From contig OX597816.1 of NCBI GenBank assembly GCA_951406725.2, forward strand, positions 91,574,001-91,638,000: a stretch of 64,000 nt of DNA, read 5' to 3'. The DNA is from Octopus vulgaris. Taxonomy: Eukaryota. How positions within the stretch are numbered: the stretch's first letter is position 1; each line of letters begins with the position of its first letter. The notes beneath the pieces were generated by a model. That model ran no database searches. It saw only the letters and a program-made list of their open reading frames with translations, and had not been told where the DNA came from. Below, one piece after another: positions 1-12,496 of the stretch. Made by a program: the position numbers and the translations under genes.

Positions 1-435
1 AGCAACGAAAGAACGAAGAAAATGAAGGAGCAAAATACTGATTGACTGTTGAGTAAGGGAAGTAACTCGAATATTTCCTCTATAAAACTTGGTAAACAAC
101 GGTAAAGAAAAAAAAGACGAAAAATAAAGACTTCTGAACCAGAATTTTGCACGGTATAATTAGAAGTGTATTTGTAAATTAATTATTCAATAATGATTTG
201 AGGATTAAAGGAATTAGTTATATGAAAATCAAAATACTTTTCATTTCACCGTAGATTTTTTTCTTTTTTTTTTTTTTACTAACTTTAAGAATTTTGATTC
301 TCATTTACTGTCACCCGTTATAAATACAATCCTTTATGCCGGCAATCAACGTAAATCCACACACACACACACACCATAGACATACACACTTTCATATATC
401 TATGTATGTATGTTTGTATGTGTGCATGAGTAAAA

Positions 436-451
436 TGTGTGTGTATGTATG

Positions 452-512
<61 letters not shown>
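436..512. repeat. (TG)/(TATG)/(TA)n compound microsatellite
   Basis: Directly visible. Confidence 0.95.
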
Positions 513-782
513 GAATGTATCTGTGTAAGTCTATGCCTGCATAGTATTTTAATCAAAGAATTTCGACAATTTTTCGACGATGTACATACAATGAAAGTAT
601 ACACACACCTACATCCATACACCCACGTCCACACCTACATACACTTAAGTGAACATAATTACGCGCGCACACAATGCTTGCTCTATCTTCTCTTTCTGTC
701 TGTCTGTTTGTCTGTCTGTCCCCCTCTCTCTCTCTCTCTCACCAAGACTCCATATCAACAATGTTTTCCTTTTTCTTTAAAG

Positions 783-820
783 CAGTCTACTCCGCAATTG
801 ACTGTTAACAGTCTTGGTCT
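783..820 (+). CDS. Candidate small exon (QSTPQLTVNSLG) of an unidentified plus-strand gene
   Basis: Pyrimidine tract with AAGCAG tandem acceptor, GTAAGT donor at 821; only one of three frames is open. Confidence 0.35.
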
Positions 821-2124
821 GTAAGTCGTTTATACTGCTCTCAGTATCAAGTTTCTACTGTAAAAATAGTTACAGCTAATGGATGTATACGATAAACACT
901 TTACACTACATGCTACTAATGGTTATAACTGTGCTGTGTTTTTTCATCTTACCAGCGTGTAGCCAAATTACACGGATTAAAATAAATCTGTCTTCCCTAT
1001 ATACAAATAGATGACTAACTAAACTTAATCGCTATGAGACAACCATTACTATCTCGCGACTGCGCGAAGAGACACAGATTTTCGGTCAAACGTCAAACAT
1101 CTGTCGGTACAGAATTGCTCTTGATACAATTTGCTGCTAGTCTGTCCTAGATATTACCGGAAAAGCTTTCAAGCCTTCTCTTGTTTTATGCTTGTCGAAC
1201 ATGGCAACAAACGATTACCAAGGAATTTCATTCCGCAAAAGCAGTCATAAATGTATGATTTCAATTCTAAAATAATCAATTATTCAAATTAAATGCTGTA
1301 GAAATTTTGTCCTTTGTGAAACTTTATTCTTTATGTATAAAGCATTAGGTGAAAATAATGCCTTTTTTCCGTAAGTCTGCAGTTCCCAACGATCACGATA
1401 GTCGGAGAAGTCCTTCATTCAGTACTAACTTTTCCTAATTCACTTGTTAGTTTCAAGTATTCTGTGTGTACGCACACGCGCACGTGCACGTGCATGTGAA
1501 GTACGTCCATGATTATCCTTTCCTTTCACGAATGTAACTCCATCTTCAACTACTATCGTGTTTTTTTTTATATAGAGAGAGAGAGCTTTTAAGCACCACA
1601 CACACACATGCGTACAGACGCACACACATTATATATAACAGAAGTATTAGATTAAACTGGCTATTTGTCTATCATACTTAATGTATATCCATCGCAAAAA
1701 TGCAAATATACTGTTGTTTTCCGAAGATGATATATTTTATGGACGTTCTGTGTTTAAAAACACAAATATATCAGTAACTGACGAAAATCGTCTACTAGCA
1801 GCTACGAGAATGCTAGATGCATAATTCAACCTCGTCGGGTTTTGTCAGTAGCATGTACTCTGTCAATCGTCTGCTAAAACAAAATTTATCGCTACAGGTA
1901 TAAGAAAACAGTAATTGAACAATAAACAGAGTTGCAGGTGGCCGCCCGGCTGAATAAAGTATGATATACAGATGGCTATTTTAACCTAATACTGCTTCTT
2001 TTGCATATAATGGATTTTAATCAGCCGGGTAGCTAATTGCAACATCAGTGATTATTCAGTCTCGTATTTGAGAAATATTTCTGTATGCATAGCTCTTGCC
2101 GAAGCGCATTTATCTTCAGACATA

Positions 2125-2966
2125 CAGGGTGTTTGGGCTAAATTTGACAATTTTTTATGTATCTTTTGTCAGCTTGTTGTATTGATGTACAGTCAACAGC
2201 TTTGACTGGTGAAAAAAAGTTTACAGAAAAGTTGAGATGATATGGGGGACCAGAAGCCATCTAAATATTGGAAAGAAGTCACCCATATCATGATGATTCG
2301 CGCTAGGTATGAAAATGCCGACAACTGCTGTTCAATGTTCTGTGAACACTGTAAAGGCTGTAAGATGTGGCATGGACAGCTGCAACGGAGACTACAAGAC
2401 CGGGGCTAACAGGAATTCTGACAGCGTCCACACGCCGTAATTCATCCAACAACTAACTAACATAGCCTTAGGCTTAATTCAGATGACTATGTGAATCTGC
2501 TGCAGATTGTGGTCAATCCCTGGCTGATGAAGGTAACTGATGGAAGACCATATGTGTGGCAACAGGACTTTGCTCCTTACCATATCTCTGGAAAGAATCA
2601 GAAGTGGTCGTCGGAGAATTTTCACGACTTCAACAATCCCAATCCCCCCAATTGTAATCCCATAGAACACTATATGCGGGACACGGTTGAGAAGGACATC
2701 AACTGCACTGCCCGTGACACCAAGGTCAAGCTGGTGGCTCAGACCAAGGATGTGTCCATAGATCTTCCCAGGGAGACAGTGAAAAATGCATGCTCCAAGT
2801 TCCGGAGTTGTCTTGAAGCCGCGGCGGAAGCTGAGGGTGGTTACTATGAGTAAACTGTCATCTCCCAGCAATAATCTAGTTGATATTTTTTGATTTTTTA
2901 AAAATACTTTTATTTTTGAGTGAGATGCTTTCTTTCCCTTTTATACAAACTGTCAATTTAGCCCTG
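2125..2966 (+). mobile_element. Decayed maT-like (DD37D-type, Tc1/mariner superfamily) DNA transposon
   Basis: TA-CAGGGTGTTTGGGCTAAATTTGACA left end with partial inverted copy TGTCAATTTAGCCC near 2951-2964. ORF 2491-2853 carries YVWQQDFAPYH and a degenerate PPNCNP motif. Confidence 0.8.
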
Positions 2967-3294
2967 TCAATGATGGAGAAGTACACATCTAAGTATACTG
3001 TCTTTTGTACATACAGAAAAGAAAGAAGCCATGAAGAGTTGCTATCTACATCCGTGAAGATGTCATACTCTTAACTCTGTTGTCGCATTCAAACTCGATC
3101 GTTAAGAGGGAAAACAGTAACTATCCGCTCCTATCTCCCTCCTCTTTCTTTCCCTCTCTTTTTCTTCATTCCTATCAACTCTATACGACTTCCACTCCCA
3201 CATATTTGACCTCATCTTTCCCTTTCTTACTTGACTGCTTTATTTCAAATATTTTTTTTTTATTCTGTTCTTCCGGCTTCGCTTTTCATTTCAG

Positions 3295-3306
3295 CTCACA
3301 ACTAAG
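3295..3306 (+). CDS. Candidate 12-nt microexon CTCACAACTAAG of an unidentified plus-strand gene
   Basis: About 175 nt AG-free pyrimidine-rich tract, tttCAG acceptor, consensus AAG/GTGAGT donor. Confidence 0.45.
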
Positions 3307-3599
3307 GTGAGTTCGAAATTCACACTCACTGATGGTCGCTCTCAGTAACTGCCTTTAGCTTACGGAGTTCTTGTTTTTATAACTATCGAAAAGCAGCCAG
3401 AAGGATAGACATATTGTTGAGAACAAATGATTTCGTTGGAGGTCTGTTACCTACATTCCAGCCAGTGGTGGCCTAGAAGAGGTTAGAAGGGTCAAGTGGC
3501 AAAGACATTATTCTGCTTAGCGAAGGCATCTGGGAAATGTATAACTGCTGTCATTCACAGAAAAACTATTGCTTTACCGTGAGAAAAGCGCTGTTGAAG

Positions 3600-4388
3600 T
3601 GTTAAGTGAAATTTGGCAATCGAGGATCGAATCCACGCTATGCCTGCATGAAGCCACTACAAATACATTGTGGAATAAAATGTTTATTTACTGTCATGGA
3701 AAAGTGTAACTGTAAAAATGCAGAATTATCGGGGTAATGGGCATCCAAAAAAGTATGTATGTATAGAAATGTATGAATGAAGTCTTTGAGGTTGAAGATT
3801 CAAATTAAGGAAGTGCAATAATAATGTTTAGTAGTTCAAAACTGTGAGTAGTGAAATGCAGAATTAGGTCGGCTGATCGTGAGAATTAAATACTGATCGC
3901 TTCGCTAAAAAATGCAGGCGGTATGGGTTATTTAAATAAAATAGTAATATATAGTAAATAGAAGGATCCATTGGAGGGGCCCTAGTATCGATTTTTTTTT
4001 CAACAATCTAAGTATGTCACGAGGTTTCCAGACATGAGTTTTAACTCACATGTGAAATGAAGTGATATTGTCTGCAAAAATTAGAAATTGGACACACAAA
4101 AGATCAATATTCAAAATAATCGAACACAAACAATGAAATGGGTTATTTCCCTTCAGTGTTAAAAAAAAACATTGTGTAGGTGCTATGGGTTATTTCCCTG
4201 GGCGTTAAAAAAAATTAGTTATATGAGGTAAATATAAAGGTCCCTTCCAGGGGCCTATTATCGATTTTTTCAACAATCTAAGTATGTCACAAGGTTTCCA
4301 GACATGAAATCTACTAACGTTTCAAGTTTCATCAAAATCAATAAAACGATGTCGGAGGACATCACCCATTTTCCACATATGTAGTAGA
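3600..4388 (-). mobile_element. Probable non-autonomous Helitron-like element with an internal ~60-bp direct duplication (3976 and 4250)
   Basis: Minus-strand A/TCTACTACATAT start at 4388; duplicated ggggcc..atcgatttttt..caacaatctaagtatgtcac..ccagacatga block. The 3' end was not located. Confidence 0.4.
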
Positions 4389-4494
4389 TATAGTTCTTAA
4401 ACAAGAATGTTTAAAAATAGTACATTTTTACTCTACAAAAGTATAGAGTAACTAGTCAGATTAATGTAAATTTATTTATATATATATATAATGG

Positions 4495-4800
4495 AAGTTC
4501 CTGGAAGGTCTAGCATTCCACTTTGGGATTGAAAACTATACCAACTACCAGACTGGACATCATTGTATAGTACCAAAGATCCCGCCCTCTTCGTATAGAG
4601 TAAGTATCCGATACTGTAACAATTTAGGGTTCAAAAACCCGCTAGTTTTCAATACCTTGCCAGAGCTACTCAGAGGTCTACGATGTGTAGATGTGGATAT
4701 GTTCAAAGAACAATTAGACAAATTTTTATTTGATATATTAGATGAACTCCACATCAATGTAAGAACCGGAAAGAAGAGCAGCTCTGTCCAACTTGCTGCT
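4495..4800 (+). mobile_element. Non-LTR retrotransposon (CR1/L2-like) ORF2 C-terminal relic
   Basis: Translation FNTLPELLRGLRCVDVDMFKEQLDKFL resembles the WNxLP...FKxxLDxFL LINE C-terminus. Confidence 0.6.
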
Positions 4801-5439
4801 TCGCTAGAGACTGAAGTAAGAATAGAGTCGAAAATAAACAAGCATTCGTGCTGTCGACAACCTCTAGTTGAAATCAATAAGAGATCTCACACACACACAC
4901 ACCTCATTTGCTGAACAGCGATGATATTTTATTACCGATTTTGTAATGTTATGGAGAATCCAAAGTTAACATTTTTGCAGCTCAGCAAATAATATGGTAA
5001 AGTTTTGGCAGCTAGACGAACTCTTTTTTAAAATTTGGCAGTTCACCACTGTTTTCTCTTTCTCTTATATATATATATATATATATCAGTATTCACATTT
5101 TTGTCATATTTAACACCATTGAATGTGTGTTATACTATTATTATATATTAGAATGCCAGCCTAACTGAGCAATGTGATTTCAAAACCCATCAAAGGTCTA
5201 CATTGTGGCATTGCACCAAAATAAATATTCTAGTAATATTCTCTAATATATAGAGATAAAGTAGGTGGGTTAACAGAAGCAAACTGGTTGATGTGTTATT
5301 GACCCGATGATCATTCGTTTGTACTGTATCTAACACTGTACCAAGCACATAACATTGCTCCGTTTAATAACCCGACTGACAAAAAAATTAATTTATCCCA
5401 GAGATTCTATTTCCATCTATATGAAAGAACAATTGTGGG

Positions 5440-5700
5440 GGTCTTAGTTCGATTCCAGGACCGGGCTGTGTGTCGTGTTCTTGAGCATGGCACTTTTATT
5501 TCCTGTTGCTCCAGTTCACTCAGCTGTACAAATGAGTTGCGACATCACTGGTGCTAAGCTGTATCGGCCTCTACATTTCCCTTGGACAACGTTGGTGGAG
5601 TGGAGAGAGGAGACTGGTATGCTGGTCTTCCCCAAGCAACCTTGCCCGGAGGAGAACTTATATCCAGTAACTCCTCGACTATCGCGGGTGTTACGTTCCA
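5440..5700 (+). mobile_element. tRNA-derived SINE (family A); related copies at about 6590-6800 and 44490-44790
   Basis: B-box GTTCGATTCC followed by a gtgttcttgagcatggcactttt...cactcagctgta core shared with the other copies. Confidence 0.7.
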
Positions 5701-6343
5701 AAACCTCCCACACAAATAATTAAAATCTAAAAGAATATAAATACCTATCAGCCGCAGAAACCAGGATAAACTGAGGAGTCCGCGATATAAATATACATAT
5801 ATTGGCCAGAAAAATCAGCGAGGTACTGAGTGCGTATATACAATATGTGTGTGTGTGTGTGCATGATTGCCATGGGTCAGACAGAATTTATCAAGGCAGA
5901 TTTTCTTCGTCCAGATGCCCTTTCAGTCACCAGCCCTTTACTTACTTCCAAGCTAGGTAATATTTCTTCATAGCCAGACATGTCCTTGTAGAAAATTTGA
6001 AATGAATTACACTGCCTGTATGATAGTGACAATCATTTACAACTATCGTACGATGTCAAGACAAGGACACAAACACTCATTCGCATACATATATTTTTTG
6101 CTTTTTTTTTTTTTTTTTGTTATTTCAGTCACTAGACTACAGGCATGCAGGGGCACCGCCTTGAAGTGTTTTAGTCGAATGAATTGACCGAAGTATTTAT
6201 TCTTTTTCTATGCCTGCTACTTATTTTATAAGTCACTTCCGCCGAATCGCTAAGTTACGAAGTCGTAAACAAACCAACGCCGGTTGTCCATACACACACA
6301 TATACATACAGCTGTATGTAAATACACATCTATATACACATGT

Positions 6344-6575
6344 AAAAACACCATTTGGGCGTGGCCGTTGCCAGTACCACCTGACGGGCCCTCGTGTCGG
6401 TGGCCCGTAAAAGCACCCACTACACTCTCGGAATGGTTGACGTTAGGAAAGGCATCCAGCTGTAGAAACTCTGCCAAATCAGATTGGAGCCTGGTGCAGC
6501 CATCTGGCTCACCAGTCCCCAGTCAAACCGTCCAACCCATGCCAGCATGGAAAGCGGACGTAAAACGATGATGAT
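6344..6575 (+). mobile_element. 5'-truncated RTE-like LINE 3' UTR with (GAT)n tail
   Basis: Matches the 3' end of the LINE at 17765-19607 (aaagcacccactacactc..aagggcatccagctgtagaaac..ccaacccatgccagcatggaaagcggac..gatgatgat). Confidence 0.85.
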
Positions 6576-6954
6576 ACTAGCATACACGTGTGTGTGTCCC
6601 CTAGTGGTCTGGGACTTGTATTCACAACTTTAAGAACATGATTTCGACTTCCAGACTTGACGGTGTATTGTGTTCTTGAGTAAAACACTTCATCTCATGT
6701 TGCAGTCTCAACTGTAAATGAGAAACCATGCGACGGGTTGGTGCCCCGTTCTGGGGAATCCTGTGATCTGGGTCACATATACGCCATGGAAACTGGATCT
6801 ATCCAAGGAACTTGAGATAGTAATGTCCAAGATATATGAAATTTGTGAACAAACAGTGAAACGATCCGTCACGATGCTCTCTTTTTTCTTCCAAACACCA
6901 ATAGAAAAAGTTTTAGTTTAGCTACAAGAAAGCTTTGTATTATTATTGTTGTTG

Positions 6955-7262
6955 CTGAGTTCAAAATCCCACTGAGGTCGACTTTGCCTTTAATCCATTC
7001 TAGGTCGATGAAATAAGTACCAGTTATGCACTGGAGTCGATATAATCGACTAGCCCCCTTCCCCTAAAATCTTCAAGACCTTGTGTCTAGAGTAAAAATT
7101 ATTATTGCTACGTTCTGAATTCAAAATCCACCCAGGTCGACTTTGCATTTCATCCTTTCGGTGTTGATAAATTAAGCGCCAGTTAAACACTGGGGGTCGA
7201 TGTAATCGATTAATCCCCTCCCCACAAATTTCAGGCCTTGTGCTTTTAGTAGAAAGGATTAT
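6955..7262 (+). mobile_element. Two tandem 5'-truncated SINE (family C) fragments
   Basis: Both carry gagttcaaa..aggtcgactttgc..aagtaccagtt, shared with the full copy at 61990-62222. Confidence 0.8.
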
Positions 7263-7399
7263 TATTTTTTTTCTTTTCTGATTCACGCTATGTTGTGCAT
7301 AAACACAAACACAGTTTTCTAAACTACTGCAAGTCAATGATTATAGAAAAAAACCGTAGAGGAAAGAGGAGTTAAGAATATTCTGGGGAGCAAAAGTCA

Positions 7400-7800
7400 T
7401 AGTAATGCTAGAAATTTTATAAAAATGGAGGTTGAACTATCTCAATGCTAATCAGCCGAATGACCTGTCTATGGAGGCAGTCTAGGATGTGCGTGGGCAA
7501 CTGCAGCAGCACTGTTCTTGAAGTGGGAGCGGGACATCATTTTGTTTGACATCTGTACAATTAGTAGCATGGAAAGGAGTGTTGTGGGTGTGAAGAATTC
7601 CAGTATTTGACATGTTGTCTTGGCTATGTTAAGGATGTGCTTTCTCCAGGAGAGATCCTAAGTGACAGAGGATCCTAACAGTTAAAGCGATTATGGTGAT
7701 TGTCTCTGCTGCTGGTGTTTCAGCGAGATGAGACTGATGTCTCAATGTGAGTGTGTCTATTGATACCCAAGAAGTCAAGACTGACACAATCTATTTGGAA
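7400..7800 (-). mobile_element. Old LINE RT fragment; a related fragment lies on + at about 49850-50190
   Basis: Minus translation DLSWRKHILNIAK (post-RT motif of CR1/L2/Jockey-like LINEs); nucleotide similarity between the two loci (ctcccac/at..tgctgct..catcct..ggctgatt). Confidence 0.55.
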
Positions 7801-8991
7801 GATGCTTTTGAGGTTTCTGTTTAATGACAGTGTAACAGAAAAACTTACTGGCAACTCACTGGACTTAATCCAATGCCTGCTTTAACTCCACCACCTAACA
7901 CTCATGTATCTTTAGTGCTGCCCACTCTGTTACAAGAATTCAGGCCTCCAGTCTAGAGCTGTTTCTCATCAGTCTTAAAGGCCTTCAAAAATGTATAGGC
8001 ATTACTCTATTTTCAGACTTAACCATTAAAAAAAAAAATACTATTTTCCTCTAAAATCTACACTATAGTAGTTATTGAAGAGGAAACTAATTAAATGCCG
8101 TACTTAGGTCTTGGACCCAAGATGTATGCTGCTGCAGCCTGGGTCAATGCTGGAATTCTATCATATGATCGTTTGTTATGTCAAGATATGTTGCTGTTAC
8201 TCCACTCTGCAGTCTATTTTTAATGCATGAATTAAGACTGATAATGGCCAGTTCAGAGACGGCCAAGACAGATTCAATCAACACAACAATCTTGATTACT
8301 GGAAGGTGGGTTACCCAAAATTAAATTTAGTCTTTGTAGCTATCATAAAATTGTCTCTGCACGACTTACAACCTGGGGCTTCTTGTTATCGTTAAAAATT
8401 TTGAACAAAATTTTGATCAAGTTACATTGGTTCTAAATTTCAAAGTCAGGCTTCATATAAACAGTTAAAAAGATTTTAGCTGAATCAAGACATTAACTGA
8501 ATTAACCAGTGAAAGTATTTATATATGTATGGTTATCATATTAAAGTGAATTTTGTATATATTTTATTCATGTCACATGACAGTTTTCTAACTTTGGACA
8601 TGCCTAGCCAGTTTTTGGGATGGTAAAAAAAAAAATTGTGGTATATTTCACTTCCTCTATACATGTTCTTGCTCTAATTGAAATGTACAAAATTACTAGA
8701 TGAACTTTTTTTAAAATTTATGCCCCACCCTTCTTTGGTACACATTTTTCAATGGTGCAGTTTTATCTAAAATATAACCTTACAGATATATTTCTGTAAT
8801 CATGAAATCAAATTTGAAAGAGACTAAAACATTTTTTAATCATTAGTGTCATTTATTTATTTTCATTTTAGTACCTAAGGTATCTGCCACTAGTTAGAAT
8901 CTTAAACCAACTATTATTATAGGGTACTCTTGGTTATTCCTATGTGAATAAACCAAACAACAGAAGTAGATAATTTGTAGCAACAGTTTAA

Positions 8992-10070
8992 CCCTTTCGT
9001 TACTATATTTCTGACCAAAATACACCCCTTATGTGTTTCAATTAATTTCTAACATAATCATAAATTTAGTCTGGTTTCAATAAACAACTATAACTTTTTT
9101 ATTTATCAATATATTAATGTGATTTTTGGAAGATAATTTAATGAAATGTTCTCAACCAATTCTATACTATAATTTTTGTCACAAAGTGACTCTAATTGCA
9201 GGTAGATAGAGGTAAATTCAACAAAATATAAAATTATTAAAATTTTGTTCAAACATCGCTATAGAAAATGGGTTATTAGCTAATATTCAATTGGGTATAC
9301 AACAAAATTTTACAATAGAATTTGTTATTCTGGGTAACTTTCTGATACCCATAATAATATTTATGGCAAAATAGTTTTAATTTCATTTAAGGTTGTGGGA
9401 AACCACTAACTATCCTTTCTTTTGCTTTGTTTACATTTAGCGTAACGGTTCGTTTCCGCCGTAATGATTTCAAATAGGCTCATTCGAAAAAGTAAAAAGA
9501 AATAGTCTAAGGCTTTACTCTCTTGGGAAAGTCTGTGGCTTGGTCCAGTTTCTTCAGAAAAATCACCAAAAGAAACAGTTTTTAAATTTTCACTCCATTC
9601 AGGTGCCAATTCATTTTCTTTAACGTTGTCAGAGCTCTTAGATTCACTGTTTTCACTTTCGGAAAATGAAACATCAGATTCATTATCAAATACCACGTGC
9701 TTTTTTTTTTTCAGTCATAGAGTTAGATTTATCAAGGTCTTCAGTAGAAAATCCTTTGAATTCTGACTCGCTGCTTGATATAATGAAATTCATATCCATT
9801 TTTTGTCAGAATTACAAATTTTGAAAACACAATAGGAACAAATTTCAGAAAAAAAATCTCCCAAAATTTACGGAATTAAAATTACACTTTGATCGTTGTA
9901 CAAAACTGTAGATGAACTGTTTACGAAGTATAATCACTTGTTTTCATGAATGTACTAAAGAGATTTGCTCTGATATTCTCATTTAAATATGAATAGGTAA
10001 ATACGGGCGGGTTTGGACGGTTTCGTCACATTAGCCAAAATTTTCTTTGGGTGGCTTGGTAACGAAAGGG
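8992..10070 (-). mobile_element. Internally deleted piggyBac transposon
   Basis: TTAA on both sides (8988-8991, 10071-10074) and perfect 12-bp TIR CCCTTTCGTTAC. ORF 9406-9696 has an acidic N-terminus plus DYFFLLF..LFEIITAETNRYA, typical of the piggyBac transposase start. Confidence 0.92.
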
Positions 10071-10283
10071 TTAAATTACTACAATTACTAAATTGCCAGA
10101 ACCTAGCAATATGTTATTGTCTGGACAATACTGATTTAAAATTTAGGAACTAAAATATGAAGTGAGTTTTAAAAAGGAGAGGACTTCTAATTTGAACAAT
10201 AAAATGACAGAATTACTGTAAAATTAATAAATAAGTTTATAGCAATAACTTCATTTTACCAATTAACAAATAACAACACTGTA

Positions 10284-10709
10284 ATTTTTGTCTGGTCACA
10301 TGTTATTTCTTATTTGCTTCTATCTGAAAATCAGAGAAAATGACTACTATTCCCTGCAAAATTTGCTTTTGTGACCTGGACATCAATGTTTTGAAACCAA
10401 CCTATTTTCCAATACATTTCAGACAGATTCAGCACTGAGTTGTTGAAGCAGAAATACTGTTATAGTAAATATTCTGCTCAATACCACAGATTTGCTTGAC
10501 CATAACCACTTGAGTATGTCCCCTAGTGGCTAACAATATGAGCATTTCTGATCATGAGCAGTAGGAGAGCATCAAAGCCATGTGTAAAGAGGAATTCTTT
10601 GGAGTTTAAATAAATATAACAAAAGCAAAGTTTGAAGGAAATATTAAATATTTTTCATGCTTTCTAGAGATAAACAAATAGGAAACAGTTGCTACCCATA
10701 GACAAAATC
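10284..10709. mobile_element. ~430-bp MITE-like repeat, copy 1
   Basis: Imperfect ~90-bp terminal inverted repeats; colinear with 22738-23182. Confidence 0.75.
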
Positions 10710-10899
10710 ATGTTCCAGTGTAATTTCTCATATTATAGAAAAAGAATGTCATTGAATTGTTCCTAGAATAGCTGCTAAGTGACTATAGAGCCAACCTCTG
10801 TGTGATTTGAAATCAGGAAAAAAAAAAAAAAAAAAAGAAAAAGATGTAATTAAAAAACCACAGGAGTTTATTTTGTCTAAAATTACCATCACTGCCAAA

Positions 10900-12496
10900 C
10901 CTGCATTTCCATTAATAATTCATTAATATAATTTGTTGTCATAATATTTTTCTCTCATACAGTTTATGATTTTAAACTTATCTTTGTAGACTTCAACTGT
11001 CATTGGTACTAGCTGCAGTAGAAGTGTCTACTGATTTATTTAGTCTTATGATGACAAGTTCTTGTTCTTTGTCACTTTAAAATAAAAACAAGATGTTCCA
11101 TGTCCACTTATCTCACCACGGTATCCCTCACACTTTTAGAAAAACTATTCTTCAGTAACTAGTAAGCCAAGTATTTATTTTAGTAATAAAACCCACATTA
11201 ACTGTACGGTGTGGGCAAGGGGGTGTTTAACAGCTGTTAAAATTAATTGGCTATCCCTTTAGCTTATCAGTTACGAATTTAGAACTTTTTGGTAAAATAA
11301 AATGTAGTGAAACAAACCCAAATATCTAATACTGACGCATAGATAATCTGTTTCCATATTAGGAACCAAAGGAACAAATATGGAATGAGGTAAAGTCTTC
11401 TATGAAGATGATGACAATGTTTGAGATGGTGTAAGAAAACAGACCAAAAAGATTTAAAATGTATATGAAGCCCAGCTGCTCTCATCCAGAAGCTTTCTCA
11501 GCATAATTATAGCTACACATATAACATGTCATTAAGAAAAGATGTTACATAACAGGTTGAAACCATTAAGAAATAAATTTATGTCATAAAACAAACAAAA
11601 AGGCAGAATCAAGTCATTGAGCATTAAATTATTAGAACTTAAATATAATAACCAAACTGCCTTCTAAAAACATGTGATATGGATACTATAAGAAGTTCAA
11701 GCACTAGTCTAATAACAGATTCCAAATGTACCCAATATACAGTAAAAGGCCTTGATACCATTAGCAATTTCTGAAGTAATATTGAGTTTGTTTATTGTTA
11801 CTTAGTGCAAAGTGTTACTAGATTATCTCAGAAATACTTCCTAATAACCTTGTAACTTGTTATGTAAACAGCCAACCTCCAAATGTGCATTGTATTTATA
11901 TAAATACAGACACACAATTCCTTAATCCTTTGAGGAAATATAGTTTGTAACAAAACTGCTTCTTATTGACAAATAAATATGGTGATGATAGATGCCTATA
12001 AATTCTAATTACAAATGTAACTAGTTTCATATGTATACTACTAGTATTTTGCAACCATGCTTCTGCTACTCTATCGTTATCAACCATTAACAGTATTAAC
12101 TTATACAATATATTACCTACTTATAAAATTAATATAAATGATATATATAAAGCATACAAATCCTTTAAAAATTACTGATAAAAGATTTTACTCAATATTT
12201 GAAAAGTGATGAATTTATTTGATCCAATAATTCCATACAAGTGATGCTATATGCATTCAGACTCATCAGCTTTTTGCTTTATATAGGTAGAATATAATTC
12301 TCGAGTTCAAAAGAGAGAGTAAATTAAGGAAGGAAGCAAACCAATGCAAGAGATGTATCTTGACAGAAATGGTAACCATTTCAACAGAGCTGTATAAATG
12401 ATAGAGAAACAGATATGCACCAGACAATCTTGAGGCCGCTGAAAGGCTAAACAGTGGCTCAGTTCCACCATGCATATGAATGCAAAATCAGCTTGC
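10900..12496 (-). other. Rap1: Probable non-coding terminal 3' UTR exon of Rap1; lower boundary unknown
   Basis: Donor CAG/GTTAGT lies 18 nt after the stop codon. Candidate acceptor tttgCAG at 12497-12499 follows a T-rich tract. About 1.6 kb of repeat-free AT-rich sequence with several AATAAA on the minus strand follows. Confidence 0.45.

Noticed and set aside
336-824. 162-aa ORF and similar YIYI/HTHT ORFs (for example 38132-38551)
   Set aside because: Microsatellite translations; only the last ~38 nt are retained as a separate exon candidate.
4981-4996. Further plus-strand exon candidate (tttgCAG..ATG/GTAAAG)
   Set aside because: Weak donor and short pyrimidine tract; indistinguishable from chance in AT-rich DNA.
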